A stretch of 64,000 nucleotides of DNA from Nitrospirota bacterium (GTDB taxonomy: Bacteria > Nitrospirota > Nitrospiria > Nitrospirales > Nitrospiraceae): positions 43,083-107,082 of the forward strand of contig CAVPBK010000012.1 in assembly GCA_963701855.1 (NCBI GenBank). The letters run 5' to 3'. The notes under the pieces were generated by a model. It was not told where the DNA came from, did no database searches, and was given only the letters and a program-made list of their open reading frames with translations. This document shows, in pieces, positions 54,992 through 64,000 of this stretch. Position 1 is the first letter of the stretch, and every line of letters starts with the position of its first letter. The translations under genes were made by a program, and so were the position numbers.

Positions 54992-56833
54992 ATGGCGTAC
55001 CAGCCCATTGAAAATTACGGCATCATCGGCAACATGCGGACGGCGGCGCTCGTCGGCATGAACGGCTCGATCGATTGGTTCTGTATTCCCTTCTTCGATT
55101 CACCGAGTGTTTTTGCCGCCATTTTGGACGACCAGAAGGGGGGCCGGTTCGAGATCGGCCCTCGCGATGGTGGCATCCGCACAAAACAGTTCTATTGGCC
55201 TGAAACCAACGTGTTGGTCACCCGCTTTCTCTCGCCGGACGGCGTCGGAGAACTCGAAGATTTCATGCCGGCAGGCGTGCCTCGCGAATCGCCCTGGCTG
55301 GATCATTTGATTCGGCGCGTCAGAGTTACGCGAGGGACACTGGCCTTTCAGATGTGCTGCCGTCCGGCGTTTGATTATGCGCGGCTCCCGCATCGGGCGA
55401 CGATTGGAGAACATGGCGCGGTCTTTGAGTCGGCCCTCCTGAGCCTGGAGTTAACGACCGCCGTTCCGCTTTCCTGCGACGGCGAGAGCGTCCACGCGAC
55501 ATTTGCGCTTCAGGAAGGCGAGGAGGCGATTTTCGTCCTGCGCCCCTTGAAGGCCGGAGAGGAGTGCCGTCGGTCCCCCTCCAACACCGAAACGCAGGAG
55601 GTCTTCGAACACACGGTCGATTACTGGCATCGATGGTTGTCGAAGTGCAGCTATACCGGTCGGTGGCGCGAAATGGTGTACCGATCGGCGCTGACGCTAA
55701 AACTGATGACCTTCGAACCGACCGGAGCGATTATCGCCGCGCCGACCTGCAGCCTGCCCGAGTCGATCGGCGGCGGACGGAATTGGGACTATCGCTACAC
55801 CTGGATTCGCGACGCCGCCTTTACGTTGTATGGCTTGTTGAGAATCGGCTTCACGGAGGAAGCCCACGCCTTCATGCAATGGCTGGATGCGCGCGCCGGC
55901 GAGGTCGAGGCCGACGGCACACTGCAGATCGTCTATGGAATCGACGGTCGCCACGATCTCACGGAGCAGACTCTCGATCATCTGGACGGCTATCGCGGCT
56001 CCCGGCCCGTCAGGATCGGCAACGGCGCCTATTCGCAATTACAACTCGATATTTTCGGGGAGCTGCTCGATTCGCTCTATCTGTACAACAAATATGTCAT
56101 GCCCATCGGCTATGACGCCTGGGCGCGCATCCGGCACCGCCTGAATTGGCTGTGTGACAATTGGCAGCGGCAGGACGAAGGCATCTGGGAAGTGCGCGGA
56201 GGCCGGCGTCATTTCGTCTATTCCAAAATGATGTGCTGGGTGGCGCTGGACCGGGGAATTCGCCTGGCTGATAAACGGTCGTTTCCGGCCGATCGCGACC
56301 GATGGCAGAGTATCCGGGATCAGATCTATGAAGAGGTCATGTCCAAGGGATGGAGTCAGAAACGCCAGGCGTTTGTACAGCACTACGACGGCGACTCGCT
56401 CGACGCGTCGAATCTCATCATGCCGATGGTATTTTTTATGTCTCCCAACGATCCGCGCATGTTGAGCACGCTGCATGCCATCAATCGCTCACCGAAGGAA
56501 GGAGGATTGGTCTCCGATGGCCTCGTGTATCGTTACGACAGCGGGACCGGAGAAGACGGGCTCGAAGGGCGAGAAGGCACGTTTACCATGTGTTCGTTTT
56601 GGCTGGTGGAAGCGCTGACTCGGGCGGGACATGTCGATCGCGTGAAGTTGACGGAAGCCCGGCTGTTGTTTGAACGGATGCTGGGCCACGCCAATCATCT
56701 GGGGCTGTATGCCGAGGAGATCGGGGGAAGCGGCGAAGCGCTCGGCAACTTTCCCCAGGCCTTCACCCATATCGCCTTAATCAGTGCCGCGTTCAACTTG
56801 GATCGTGCATTGGACGGCAGGCCGCGTAGCTGA
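54992..56833 (+). CDS. GH15 glycoside hydrolase (glucoamylase/trehalase-like)
   Basis: [41 protein letters not shown]. Confidence 0.94.
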   Translation: MAYQPIENYGIIGNMRTAALVGMNGSIDWFCIPFFDSPSVFAAILDDQKGGRFEIGPRDGGIRTKQFYWPETNVLVTRFLSPDGVGELEDFMPAGVPRESPWLDHLIRRVRVTRGTLAFQMCCRPAFDYARLPHRATIGEHGAVFESALLSLELTTAVPLSCDGESVHATFALQEGEEAIFVLRPLKAGEECRRSPSNTETQEVFEHTVDYWHRWLSKCSYTGRWREMVYRSALTLKLMTFEPTGAIIAAPTCSLPESIGGGRNWDYRYTWIRDAAFTLYGLLRIGFTEEAHAFMQWLDARAGEVEADGTLQIVYGIDGRHDLTEQTLDHLDGYRGSRPVRIGNGAYSQLQLDIFGELLDSLYLYNKYVMPIGYDAWARIRHRLNWLCDNWQRQDEGIWEVRGGRRHFVYSKMMCWVALDRGIRLADKRSFPADRDRWQSIRDQIYEEVMSKGWSQKRQAFVQHYDGDSLDASNLIMPMVFFMSPNDPRMLSTLHAINRSPKEGGLVSDGLVYRYDSGTGEDGLEGREGTFTMCSFWLVEALTRAGHVDRVKLTEARLLFERMLGHANHLGLYAEEIGGSGEALGNFPQAFTHIALISAAFNLDRALDGRPRS

Positions 56834-56938
56834 CCGGTTGCACAAGCTCACCGTGACTCTTTTAGGATCGGAACCGTGACAGAAACCGGAACGGGGGGTT
56901 CGGTTGGAGCTGGAAGCGGTGCTGAAGCGGTTGAAAAG

Positions 56939-56983
56939 TGGTGCCCCCGATACGAATTGAACGTACGACAAACGGTTTAGGAA
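56939..56983 (-). repeat. att: tRNA-Arg(CCT) 3' half
   Basis: reverse complement TTCCTAAACCGTTTGTCGTACGTTCAATTCGTATCGGGGGCACCA. Confidence 0.75.
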
Positions 56984-57508
56984 TGGCAACATGGCGTTTT
57001 TAAAAAGGCTCGGTGTTTCAAATGGTTTCCCCGTTTTTTATTTGAATACCGAAGCTTAAGGGCTTCCTAGTGTCTCTACTGATTCCATTGGTCGTTATCT
57101 GTTTGAACAACTTTTAACACAAATTTAGCACAAGGTCATGGGGTGAACCCCTCTGGTGAGACACGAAAATTAGCACACTCGTGTTGTTCGGTTGTTCTTT
57201 TTCATACTCTTTGCTCCCTCAGATTCAGCGTCTTCGGCTGGCTGAAAAACTGCAGAGTGGCGGCACCGGATAGAAAACTCTCGCAGCTGGCGTTATCGTA
57301 GGGGTTTGCCGGTCTGCTCATGAAGGAGCTGCACGTACTCGCCCGAGACATACTGCACACCCCGATCCGAGTGATGCACCAAGCCAGGCGTCGGCTGGTG
57401 AGTGACCACTGCTTGGCGCAACGCCCGGATCGGCAACCGGCTGGCAGCGTGTTCTCCAGCGCCCAGCCGCTCCCTGTTTAAATATTAAGTAAGGCACAAC
57501 ACGCGACA

Positions 57509-59437
57509 TTAGGGAGCGTCCGCCTCCATGCCGTTGTTAGGCAGGGCATGCTGCAACTGTGGCGTTCCATGCTGGATAGCCTCCGAGTACACAATAACCT
57601 TGAAGGGGCTGAGCTCTTGGTATTTCTCTTTCTGCTTCAAGAAAGCTATCTTCCTCAGCTCCTGCAACTTGGCACTGGACGGATATTGAGTCAGTGCCCA
57701 TGTCGTTGTACGTGCCGCGAGGGCGTGATCGCCGTTCTCCAGCATGTTTTCAATAGCACTGACCAGCTGTGGTTCTGAACGCTCTAAGTAGTGCGTCAAT
57801 AACAAACCGAACTCTTCCTGACTAAGATGGTCCATGCCTTGGAGGTCGGGCTGCCAGTAGCCGATGTTCTGATCGTATATTCGGTTTATGACATTCTCTC
57901 GCATGACGAGAAAGGGGAAGTGCACCTCGGGATTCTGATGGATGAATGGCGGCATCAGATTTTGATGATGGATCGCCGCTCGGCTCATGCCATTCCGGGT
58001 AGCCTTCAGAGTTTCTTGGTAAAGCCATTCGAGATGGATTTTGAGCTTTGCGAGCATGCCCCCAGTGTTCCAGATCCGCGTGAGCGGCTCATGCCCGTGG
58101 AGCAGGTGCTTAGAGTTTAAGGAGACTACTACATCAATGGCTGCTAAGAGTCCCGGAAGGTCGCCCTCTTCAACGAATGGAGCGCCGAGATACGGCATGA
58201 TGAAATCACCGACGAACAGCGTGTCATGCTCAGGTACATGAATAAAGAGTCCATCGATCGTTTCTCCACCGGGAACTGGAATAAGGGCAAAGCGAGTCCC
58301 TCCTACGGTGATTTCGGTACGCTTGCCGACGGTGATATCGGGCTTGAAATCAGAAATGAAATCATCTTTAAAATCGTCGCCAAAAAAGTAGCGAAATCCT
58401 CGCGTGCCTGGGGCAACGATCTCCAACTCCTGACGATAGTTGTCTCTGGCGTAGAACTTCACCTGCGGACCCAAATCGTGGAAATACCGGTGCCCGCCAA
58501 TATGGTCCCAGTGGCTATGAGTCACAAATACTGTCGTCAATGGGGGGAGGTCAGGGAAGCGATGTCGCAGGAACTCATACGCGGCTTGGGCCGCGTCGGG
58601 CCGGGTGCCAGCGTCGATGGATATCAGCTCCTTGCCGTCCTTTGATACGATGAAGTAATACTCGGTGAACTCAAAACCCGACAGATTAAAGATCTTGCCG
58701 GGAACGATTTCTCGTAATCGCTTGGGATGGAACGTAAAGCCTTTGGTGGCATTGACCGCATACGGCGTAGTCAGTGTGATTGGTTTGTTGAAGCCGTCAT
58801 GGCCGCTCAGGTGCAAATAGGCTTGCGCCTGTTGTTGATCTTTGGCCCGATCGTATAGCACAGCCAGGTAATAGTACGGCTCGCGCAGCCAACCGTCATG
58901 GGGTGCCTTCGCGATGTTGTCCACGCACCATTTGAGATCGGTTAAGGCGGCGTCGGCCTTGTTGAATCGATCGGGGAGCTGCGCATACACAACGCCTATC
59001 ATCCATCGTACGAGAAAGTAGTCGTTCTTGGTGAGCATCCGCGCCTGCTCTAGGATCTCGATCGTCTTATTCACCCAAGCGATTCGACTCAATAGGGGCA
59101 CCTGATCGGCGTAGGAGGCGCGCAGGACGCCCAAGGCGCTCAAATATAACCCTGTTTGCTCGGGAGAAAGCTGCCCTCCGTGCTTTTGTAGGAAGGATTC
59201 GTAGAACGCGATGCCGGCGTGCTGCTGGTTGGCATTCGTGAACTGCTGCATCAAGAAGGCGACGAGCTGAGGCTCAGTAACAGGACCATCCTGATGCAGA
59301 GATTTCAGATATTCCAATTCGGCGTTGTACGTTTGAGATGGAGAAGGGGAAGTGGTTGCACAGCCGCTTCCGAACAGGATAGCCGCAATCAGAGAAATGG
59401 TAGTAATCGTGAGAGCGCATCTATTAGGTCTTAGCAT
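57509..59437 (-). CDS. lipoprotein with TPR-like region and metallo-beta-lactamase fold
   Basis: FGSGC lipobox; THSHWDHIGG, FVGD, LHGH. Confidence 0.88.
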   Translation of the reverse strand: MLRPNRCALTITTISLIAAILFGSGCATTSPSPSQTYNAELEYLKSLHQDGPVTEPQLVAFLMQQFTNANQQHAGIAFYESFLQKHGGQLSPEQTGLYLSALGVLRASYADQVPLLSRIAWVNKTIEILEQARMLTKNDYFLVRWMIGVVYAQLPDRFNKADAALTDLKWCVDNIAKAPHDGWLREPYYYLAVLYDRAKDQQQAQAYLHLSGHDGFNKPITLTTPYAVNATKGFTFHPKRLREIVPGKIFNLSGFEFTEYYFIVSKDGKELISIDAGTRPDAAQAAYEFLRHRFPDLPPLTTVFVTHSHWDHIGGHRYFHDLGPQVKFYARDNYRQELEIVAPGTRGFRYFFGDDFKDDFISDFKPDITVGKRTEITVGGTRFALIPVPGGETIDGLFIHVPEHDTLFVGDFIMPYLGAPFVEEGDLPGLLAAIDVVVSLNSKHLLHGHEPLTRIWNTGGMLAKLKIHLEWLYQETLKATRNGMSRAAIHHQNLMPPFIHQNPEVHFPFLVMRENVINRIYDQNIGYWQPDLQGMDHLSQEEFGLLLTHYLERSEPQLVSAIENMLENGDHALAARTTTWALTQYPSSAKLQELRKIAFLKQKEKYQELSPFKVIVYSEAIQHGTPQLQHALPNNGMEADAP

Positions 59438-59670
59438 TGTGCTTCCTCCTGAATGGCGTTGAAAGGGTGAGCTTCATCGGCCAGGGTCCGGTAATGAAGG
59501 GTGCTCCTCTGGGACGACGTGATACGCTTGTGTGCAGCAATCACGGGATCGACAATGGCCCCACAATTGAGGCAACGCCATCCGGTAAACTCATGATCAC
59601 TCGACCAGAGTCCGTCAAGATCTTCAAACTTCTCATGCACCATCAATCCATCGCAGCGTAGGCACGTCAT
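59431..59670 (-). CDS. small zinc-ribbon protein
   Basis: CLRC.GLM..E.F.D...WRCLNCG; paralog of 34278..34457. Confidence 0.75.
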   Translation of the reverse strand: MTCLRCDGLMVHEKFEDLDGLWSSDHEFTGWRCLNCGAIVDPVIAAHKRITSSQRSTLHYRTLADEAHPFNAIQEEAQC

Positions 59671-59870
59671 GGGGTACCTCCTTGCCCTGACGGGATCTTG
59701 TGTCTGATACGCCGTACCCTTTTCTTCCCACGAGCTGGTAAGTTGAAGGGTTGTTGGGCCGCTTCACGTTGGCCCTGTGGGTCCACGTTACTCATGCCCC
59801 ACATCATCAGCAGAGCCATCCCCACTGTAGTTAGCAAAGAGAAGATTGTCGTAAATGTCATGTGGTCCAT
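59667..59870 (-). CDS. small membrane protein
   Basis: single TM helix; ATGA coupling with downstream gene. Confidence 0.55.
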   Translation of the reverse strand: MDHMTFTTIFSLLTTVGMALLMMWGMSNVDPQGQREAAQQPFNLPARGKKRVRRIRHKIPSGQGGTP

Positions 59871-59993
59871 GCTTGTCCCCTTCCTTTCTTCTCACTCATC
59901 ATTAAGGTTTGCTCCCCATCGAACCTGCTTCTCTGTCGTCGAGTCGTTTCCGTATAGCTGTGAGGCCTTCAGAGTCATGACCAACCAGATCCC

Positions 59994-61451
59994 TCAAGAC
60001 GGCGGGCGACCCACCGAAGGTTCGCCGGACCAGCCGCCGCCAAAGGCCCGATAGAGGGAGACCAAGGCTACGCGCACCGCAGTCTCGGCCTTGGTGCACT
60101 CGTCGCTGGTTGAAAGCCTTGTCCGCTGAGCGTCGAGTACCGACAGGAAGTCCACAGCTCCGCGTTGGTAGAAGGCTTGAGCGTGGGCATGGGATCGTTC
60201 CGCCGCCGTCTCGGCCCGGAGCAACTGATCGCGGCGCTCGAGGGCCGCGGTATGCGCGACGTAGGCATTTTCCGTGTCCTCCAAGGCGAGAAGAAAGGTC
60301 TTTTCATAGTTGGCCGCGACGTGATCGAGCCGCGCATCCGCCGCCGTGATATGAGCTTTTATGCGACCAGCATTGAATATCGGAGCCGTGAGACCCGACC
60401 CAAGCGTATACACGCTTTCTGCCAGGCTCGGAAATCCGCCGACCGCCAGTGCACCGAACCCGCCGCTCGCCGACAGGACGAATTTCGGAAACATATCCGC
60501 TCGCGCCGCACCGAGGCTGGCGGCTGCCGCACTGACCTCGGTCTGTGCAAGCCGCAGATCCGGCCTCTGCTCCAGCAAACTCGAAGGCAGGAGCCTGGGG
60601 ATACTCGGCAGGGTTACAGGCAGCGGCATGGAATGAGTCAACCGCTCTTCCAAGCTCGATGGGGTTTCTCCCAGCAGGACACTGAGTCGATGGATCAAGT
60701 TTTTCACCGTGCTTGTCAGGACTGGCAGCGTACCTACCGTATTGTGCAACAGCGTCTCTTGACGGGCCACATCCATGTCATTCACCAAACCGGCTTTATA
60801 GAACGTTTGCACGGTTCTCAAGCGTTCACGCTGAACCTCAATATTCTCCAGCAGGATGTTGACACGTTGCTGTATCCCGCGCAGCTCTAGATAATTCGTC
60901 GCCACCTGGGCCAGTAATCCTACTTGCACTGCGCGCTGGGTCTCTTCGGTTCCCGCCGATTGCGCGACGGCGGCCTCCGCTCGAAGATGTCTGCTGCCGA
61001 ACACGTCGATTTCCCACCGTGCGGCCAGTCCGCCGCTGACCACATCGGCGGTGGGCATGATCAGTTCGATGCCCTGTGGCCCCGGCACTCCGAAGACTCG
61101 GTCTATACTCTTTTGCCGACCGCCGAATGCGAACAGATCGAGACTGGGGTAGAGCGCCGATTCGGCGACCGTGACCATGGCCTTGGCTTCACGCACGCGC
61201 GCCTTGGCGAGTCTGAGATCGTGGTTGGTGGCCAGCGCGCGGTCGATCAGGTCGTTCAGCATGGGATCGCCGAACCCCTTCCACCATTGGCTGAGATCCT
61301 TGGACGTTGAGACCGGTTGAGCATCTGAGGCGTTCTGCCAGCGTTCCGGAACTATGAGTGGCGGCACGCGGTCGCTGACGCGCGTCGGAGTGCAGCCGTT
61401 CAGCCCCATCAGGACCAGTGACAAAACCATCATTGAATACCAGGCTTTCAT
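59994..61451 (-). CDS. RND efflux outer-membrane lipoprotein (NodT/OprM family)
   Basis: WW..F.DP.L, WEIDVFG, LL.QRPD, LYRAFGGGW. Confidence 0.93.
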   Translation of the reverse strand: MKAWYSMMVLSLVLMGLNGCTPTRVSDRVPPLIVPERWQNASDAQPVSTSKDLSQWWKGFGDPMLNDLIDRALATNHDLRLAKARVREAKAMVTVAESALYPSLDLFAFGGRQKSIDRVFGVPGPQGIELIMPTADVVSGGLAARWEIDVFGSRHLRAEAAVAQSAGTEETQRAVQVGLLAQVATNYLELRGIQQRVNILLENIEVQRERLRTVQTFYKAGLVNDMDVARQETLLHNTVGTLPVLTSTVKNLIHRLSVLLGETPSSLEERLTHSMPLPVTLPSIPRLLPSSLLEQRPDLRLAQTEVSAAAASLGAARADMFPKFVLSASGGFGALAVGGFPSLAESVYTLGSGLTAPIFNAGRIKAHITAADARLDHVAANYEKTFLLALEDTENAYVAHTAALERRDQLLRAETAAERSHAHAQAFYQRGAVDFLSVLDAQRTRLSTSDECTKAETAVRVALVSLYRAFGGGWSGEPSVGRPPS

Positions 61452-64000
61452 GCGACACCTCCCGGAACAGCAACCGGCTGTTCCTCTGGCGTACCGTTAT
61501 GTGTTGGATGAAACGGATGCGCAGTCTCTGGGCCCCTCGCCTGAGGCGCCCGTTCGACTTTGAACCACGCGGCATAGAGGGCCGGGAAAAAGAAGATCGT
61601 GAGCGCGGTGGCTACCGTCAGCCCGCCCATGATGGCGATCGCCTGGGGCCCGAAGAAGTCGTTGCGCGACAGCGGGATCATGGCCAGGATGGCCGCCGCC
61701 GCGGTCAACAGAATGGGCCGGAAACGCCGCACCGTCGATTCCACGATGGCAGACCAGGTGTCGCGTCCGGCCTTTTCGTCCTGTTCGATCTGATCGACGA
61801 GGATCACCGAGTTGCGCATGATCATGCCGGCCAGCGCGATGATGCCGAGCAGGGCCACGAAGCCGAAGGGTGCCCGGAACAGCAGCAGGGCGAAGGCCGC
61901 GCCGATCACGCCCAAGGGCGCCGTGACGAACACCAGGAAGGTCCGGGACAGATTCTGCAACTGCACCATCAGCAGAACGAGCGTCGCGATCACCACCAGC
62001 GGGATCCAAATCAGGATGGACTTCTGGGCAATCCAGGCGTCCTCCTTGGCCGCGCCGGTTTCGATGAAATAGCCGGCCGGCAGTTGTGCTTCGATGGATT
62101 TGAGCTGAGGGATGATTTGCGCCGCCACGTCGGGGGCCAACATTCCGTCGGCCACGTCGGCTCGGACCGAGATCGCCGGAAAGCGGTTGCGGCGCCAGCG
62201 TACGCCGTCCTCGAACACGGTTTCGAACTTGACGAATTGGGCCAGCGGTGCCGATCGACCGGTGGCCGTCCGAACCATGACGTCGGGTAATCCGTCGGCC
62301 GTAACGCGCAGGTTCTTGTGCGCTCGCCACACGATGTCGATGAGCTTGTCGTCCTCGCGGAACTGCCCGACGGCGATGCCCGAATAGTGCGCTTGCAACG
62401 CTTGCGAGAGGGTTAACGTTGAGACGCCGAGTGCGCGCGCCTTCTCCTGGTCGAGCACGAGACGGAACGAAGGGATGCGCTCATGCCAGTCGTCGTTCAC
62501 ATCCACCGTATGGGGATTGGCGCGCACGACCTCGGCCACCTGGTCCGCGAGGCTTCGAAGGAGCGTGGGATCTTCGCCGAACACCCTGAACACCACCGGA
62601 TAATCCATGGGCGGCCCGACATTGAGGCGCATGACCCGTCCGCGCACGTCCGGGAAATCCGTGGCGAAGGCCAGTCGAATTCGGTGCATCACCCGTTCGC
62701 GGGCTCCGTTGTCTTTGGTCATCACCACGAATTCGGCCAAATTGGTATTCGCCAATTGCTGGACGATGAGCAGAAAAAACCGCGGGGTACCACCACCGAG
62801 ATAGGCCGCATAATTCACCACGTCCTCGTCCTTGGCAAGAATTGCCTCCATGCGTTTGGCTGCTGCTTCCGTTTGCGTGAAGGCACTGCCCTCCGGCAAC
62901 CAGAGGTCGATGATGACTTCCGGCCGATTGGACAGCGGAAAAAACTGTTCGGGCACGTGGGCCAGGGTCGCGACGCCGACGCCGAACAACGCCACCGTGC
63001 CGATGATGACGGTCTTGCGATGCTCAACACACGTATCCACCCAGCGGCGCAACCGGTTGTAGAACGGTGTATCGAACAGGTCCTGGCGGAGCGTACCGCC
63101 GTTCGCTCTGACCTTGAGCACCAGAAAGCCCAAGTAGGGCGTGAAGACCACCGCGCCGATCCACGACAGCAACAGCGAAATACCCACCACCTGGAAAATC
63201 GCCACCGTGTATTCACCGGCTGAGGACTTCGCGAGACCGACCGGCAGAAAGCCCGCAATGGTGATTAAGGTTCCAGTCAGCATCGGAAACGCGGTGGCAC
63301 GGTAGGCATGTGTCGCGGCGCGCATCCGATCCCAGCCCTCTTCGAGTTTGCGCGCCATCATCTCGATGGCAATCATCGCATCGTCTACCAGGAGTCCAAG
63401 AGCAAGGATCAAGGCTCCTAGCGAGATACGATGAATCTCTATCCCAAACAGCAGCATGCACAACACCGTGCCGGCCAGAACCAGGGGCACCGTGAGCGCG
63501 ACTACGGAGCCGGTGCGAAAGCCGAGACTCAGAAAGCTGACGAGCAGCACCGCCGCCAAGGCCTCGAAGAAGGTGCGCGTGAATTCGCCGATGGCGGCTT
63601 GACCACCGGTGATTGATCAGCGACCCGTTCCAACTTCGATGCCGACAGGAAGTCCCTCCTCGATTCGGCTCATGGTTACTTCCAGCGTCTTTCCTAATTC
63701 CAGCACGTCGCCGGTTTTGTTCATCGTGACGCCGAGGCCGATACTTTCTTCGCCTGTTGAACCGCATCTTGAATTCTGACGGGTCGATGTAGCCCCGAGT
63801 GACCTTGGGAAATCACCGACGCGCAAGGTTCGGCCCTCGACCCGCACGGCCAGGTTCGCCATGCTCTCCACCGAGTCGAAGGAGCCGGTAAGTCGTAGGG
63901 GGAGATTGCGCTGTGCGGAAATCACTGTTCCGGCCGGTGTCAGGCCGTTTTGCGCCTGCAAGGCCTCGGCAACCACCCAGGCGTCCAGTCCCAGTTCGGC
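61448..64000 (-). CDS. RND efflux permease (AcrB family), runs off window; frameshifts at ~63590-63810
   Basis: LGLLVDDA, GIIALAGMIMRN, RFRPILLT. Confidence 0.9.

Noticed and set aside
40973..56983. Functional tRNA genes at 40973, 49840, 56939
   Set aside because: Only 3' halves; no D-arm or 5' acceptor strand.
63560..63820. Programmed frameshifting in the RND gene
   Set aside because: Several indels within ~250 bp and no slippery motif; decay or assembly error is more likely.

Overview
Bacterial genomic DNA, most likely Nitrospira/Nitrospirota (inferred from the gene families and repeat types, not verified). 1-28,530 is a decayed mosaic of integrative elements stacked at the 3' end of a tRNA-Glu(TTC) gene (28451-28528, minus strand). 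It contains a frameshifted DUF6538-type tyrosine integrase, a partial large serine recombinase running through an 18-bp att copy (12155-12172), TerS, a TSCPD protein, a frameshifted family-A/T7-like polymerase followed by ori-like repeats, and a SIR2-like gene split by an IS200. Many small cargo genes are separated by a repeated sigma70 promoter module (8 copies, same orientation) and by repeated gene 3' tails (DUF72, thermonuclease, integrase). 28.6-39.1 kb looks like core genome: lipoproteins, MarR, intradiol dioxygenase-like, GH63 and MITE-like repeats. 39.3-64 kb is a second stack of islands marked by tRNA-Lys and tRNA-Arg 3'-half att remnants with arm-type repeats. Cargo includes a TPR/beta-barrel + FecR + CHASE2 adenylate cyclase + HD-GYP module, GH15, an MBL-fold lipoprotein and an RND efflux system. 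An IS1111-type element sits inside a putative integrase arm-site repeat, and its downstream non-coding (seek/bridge RNA) region contains the exact 10-nt reconstructed target. Many frameshifts may be real decay or assembly error. All calls are from reading the sequence; no searches were run.
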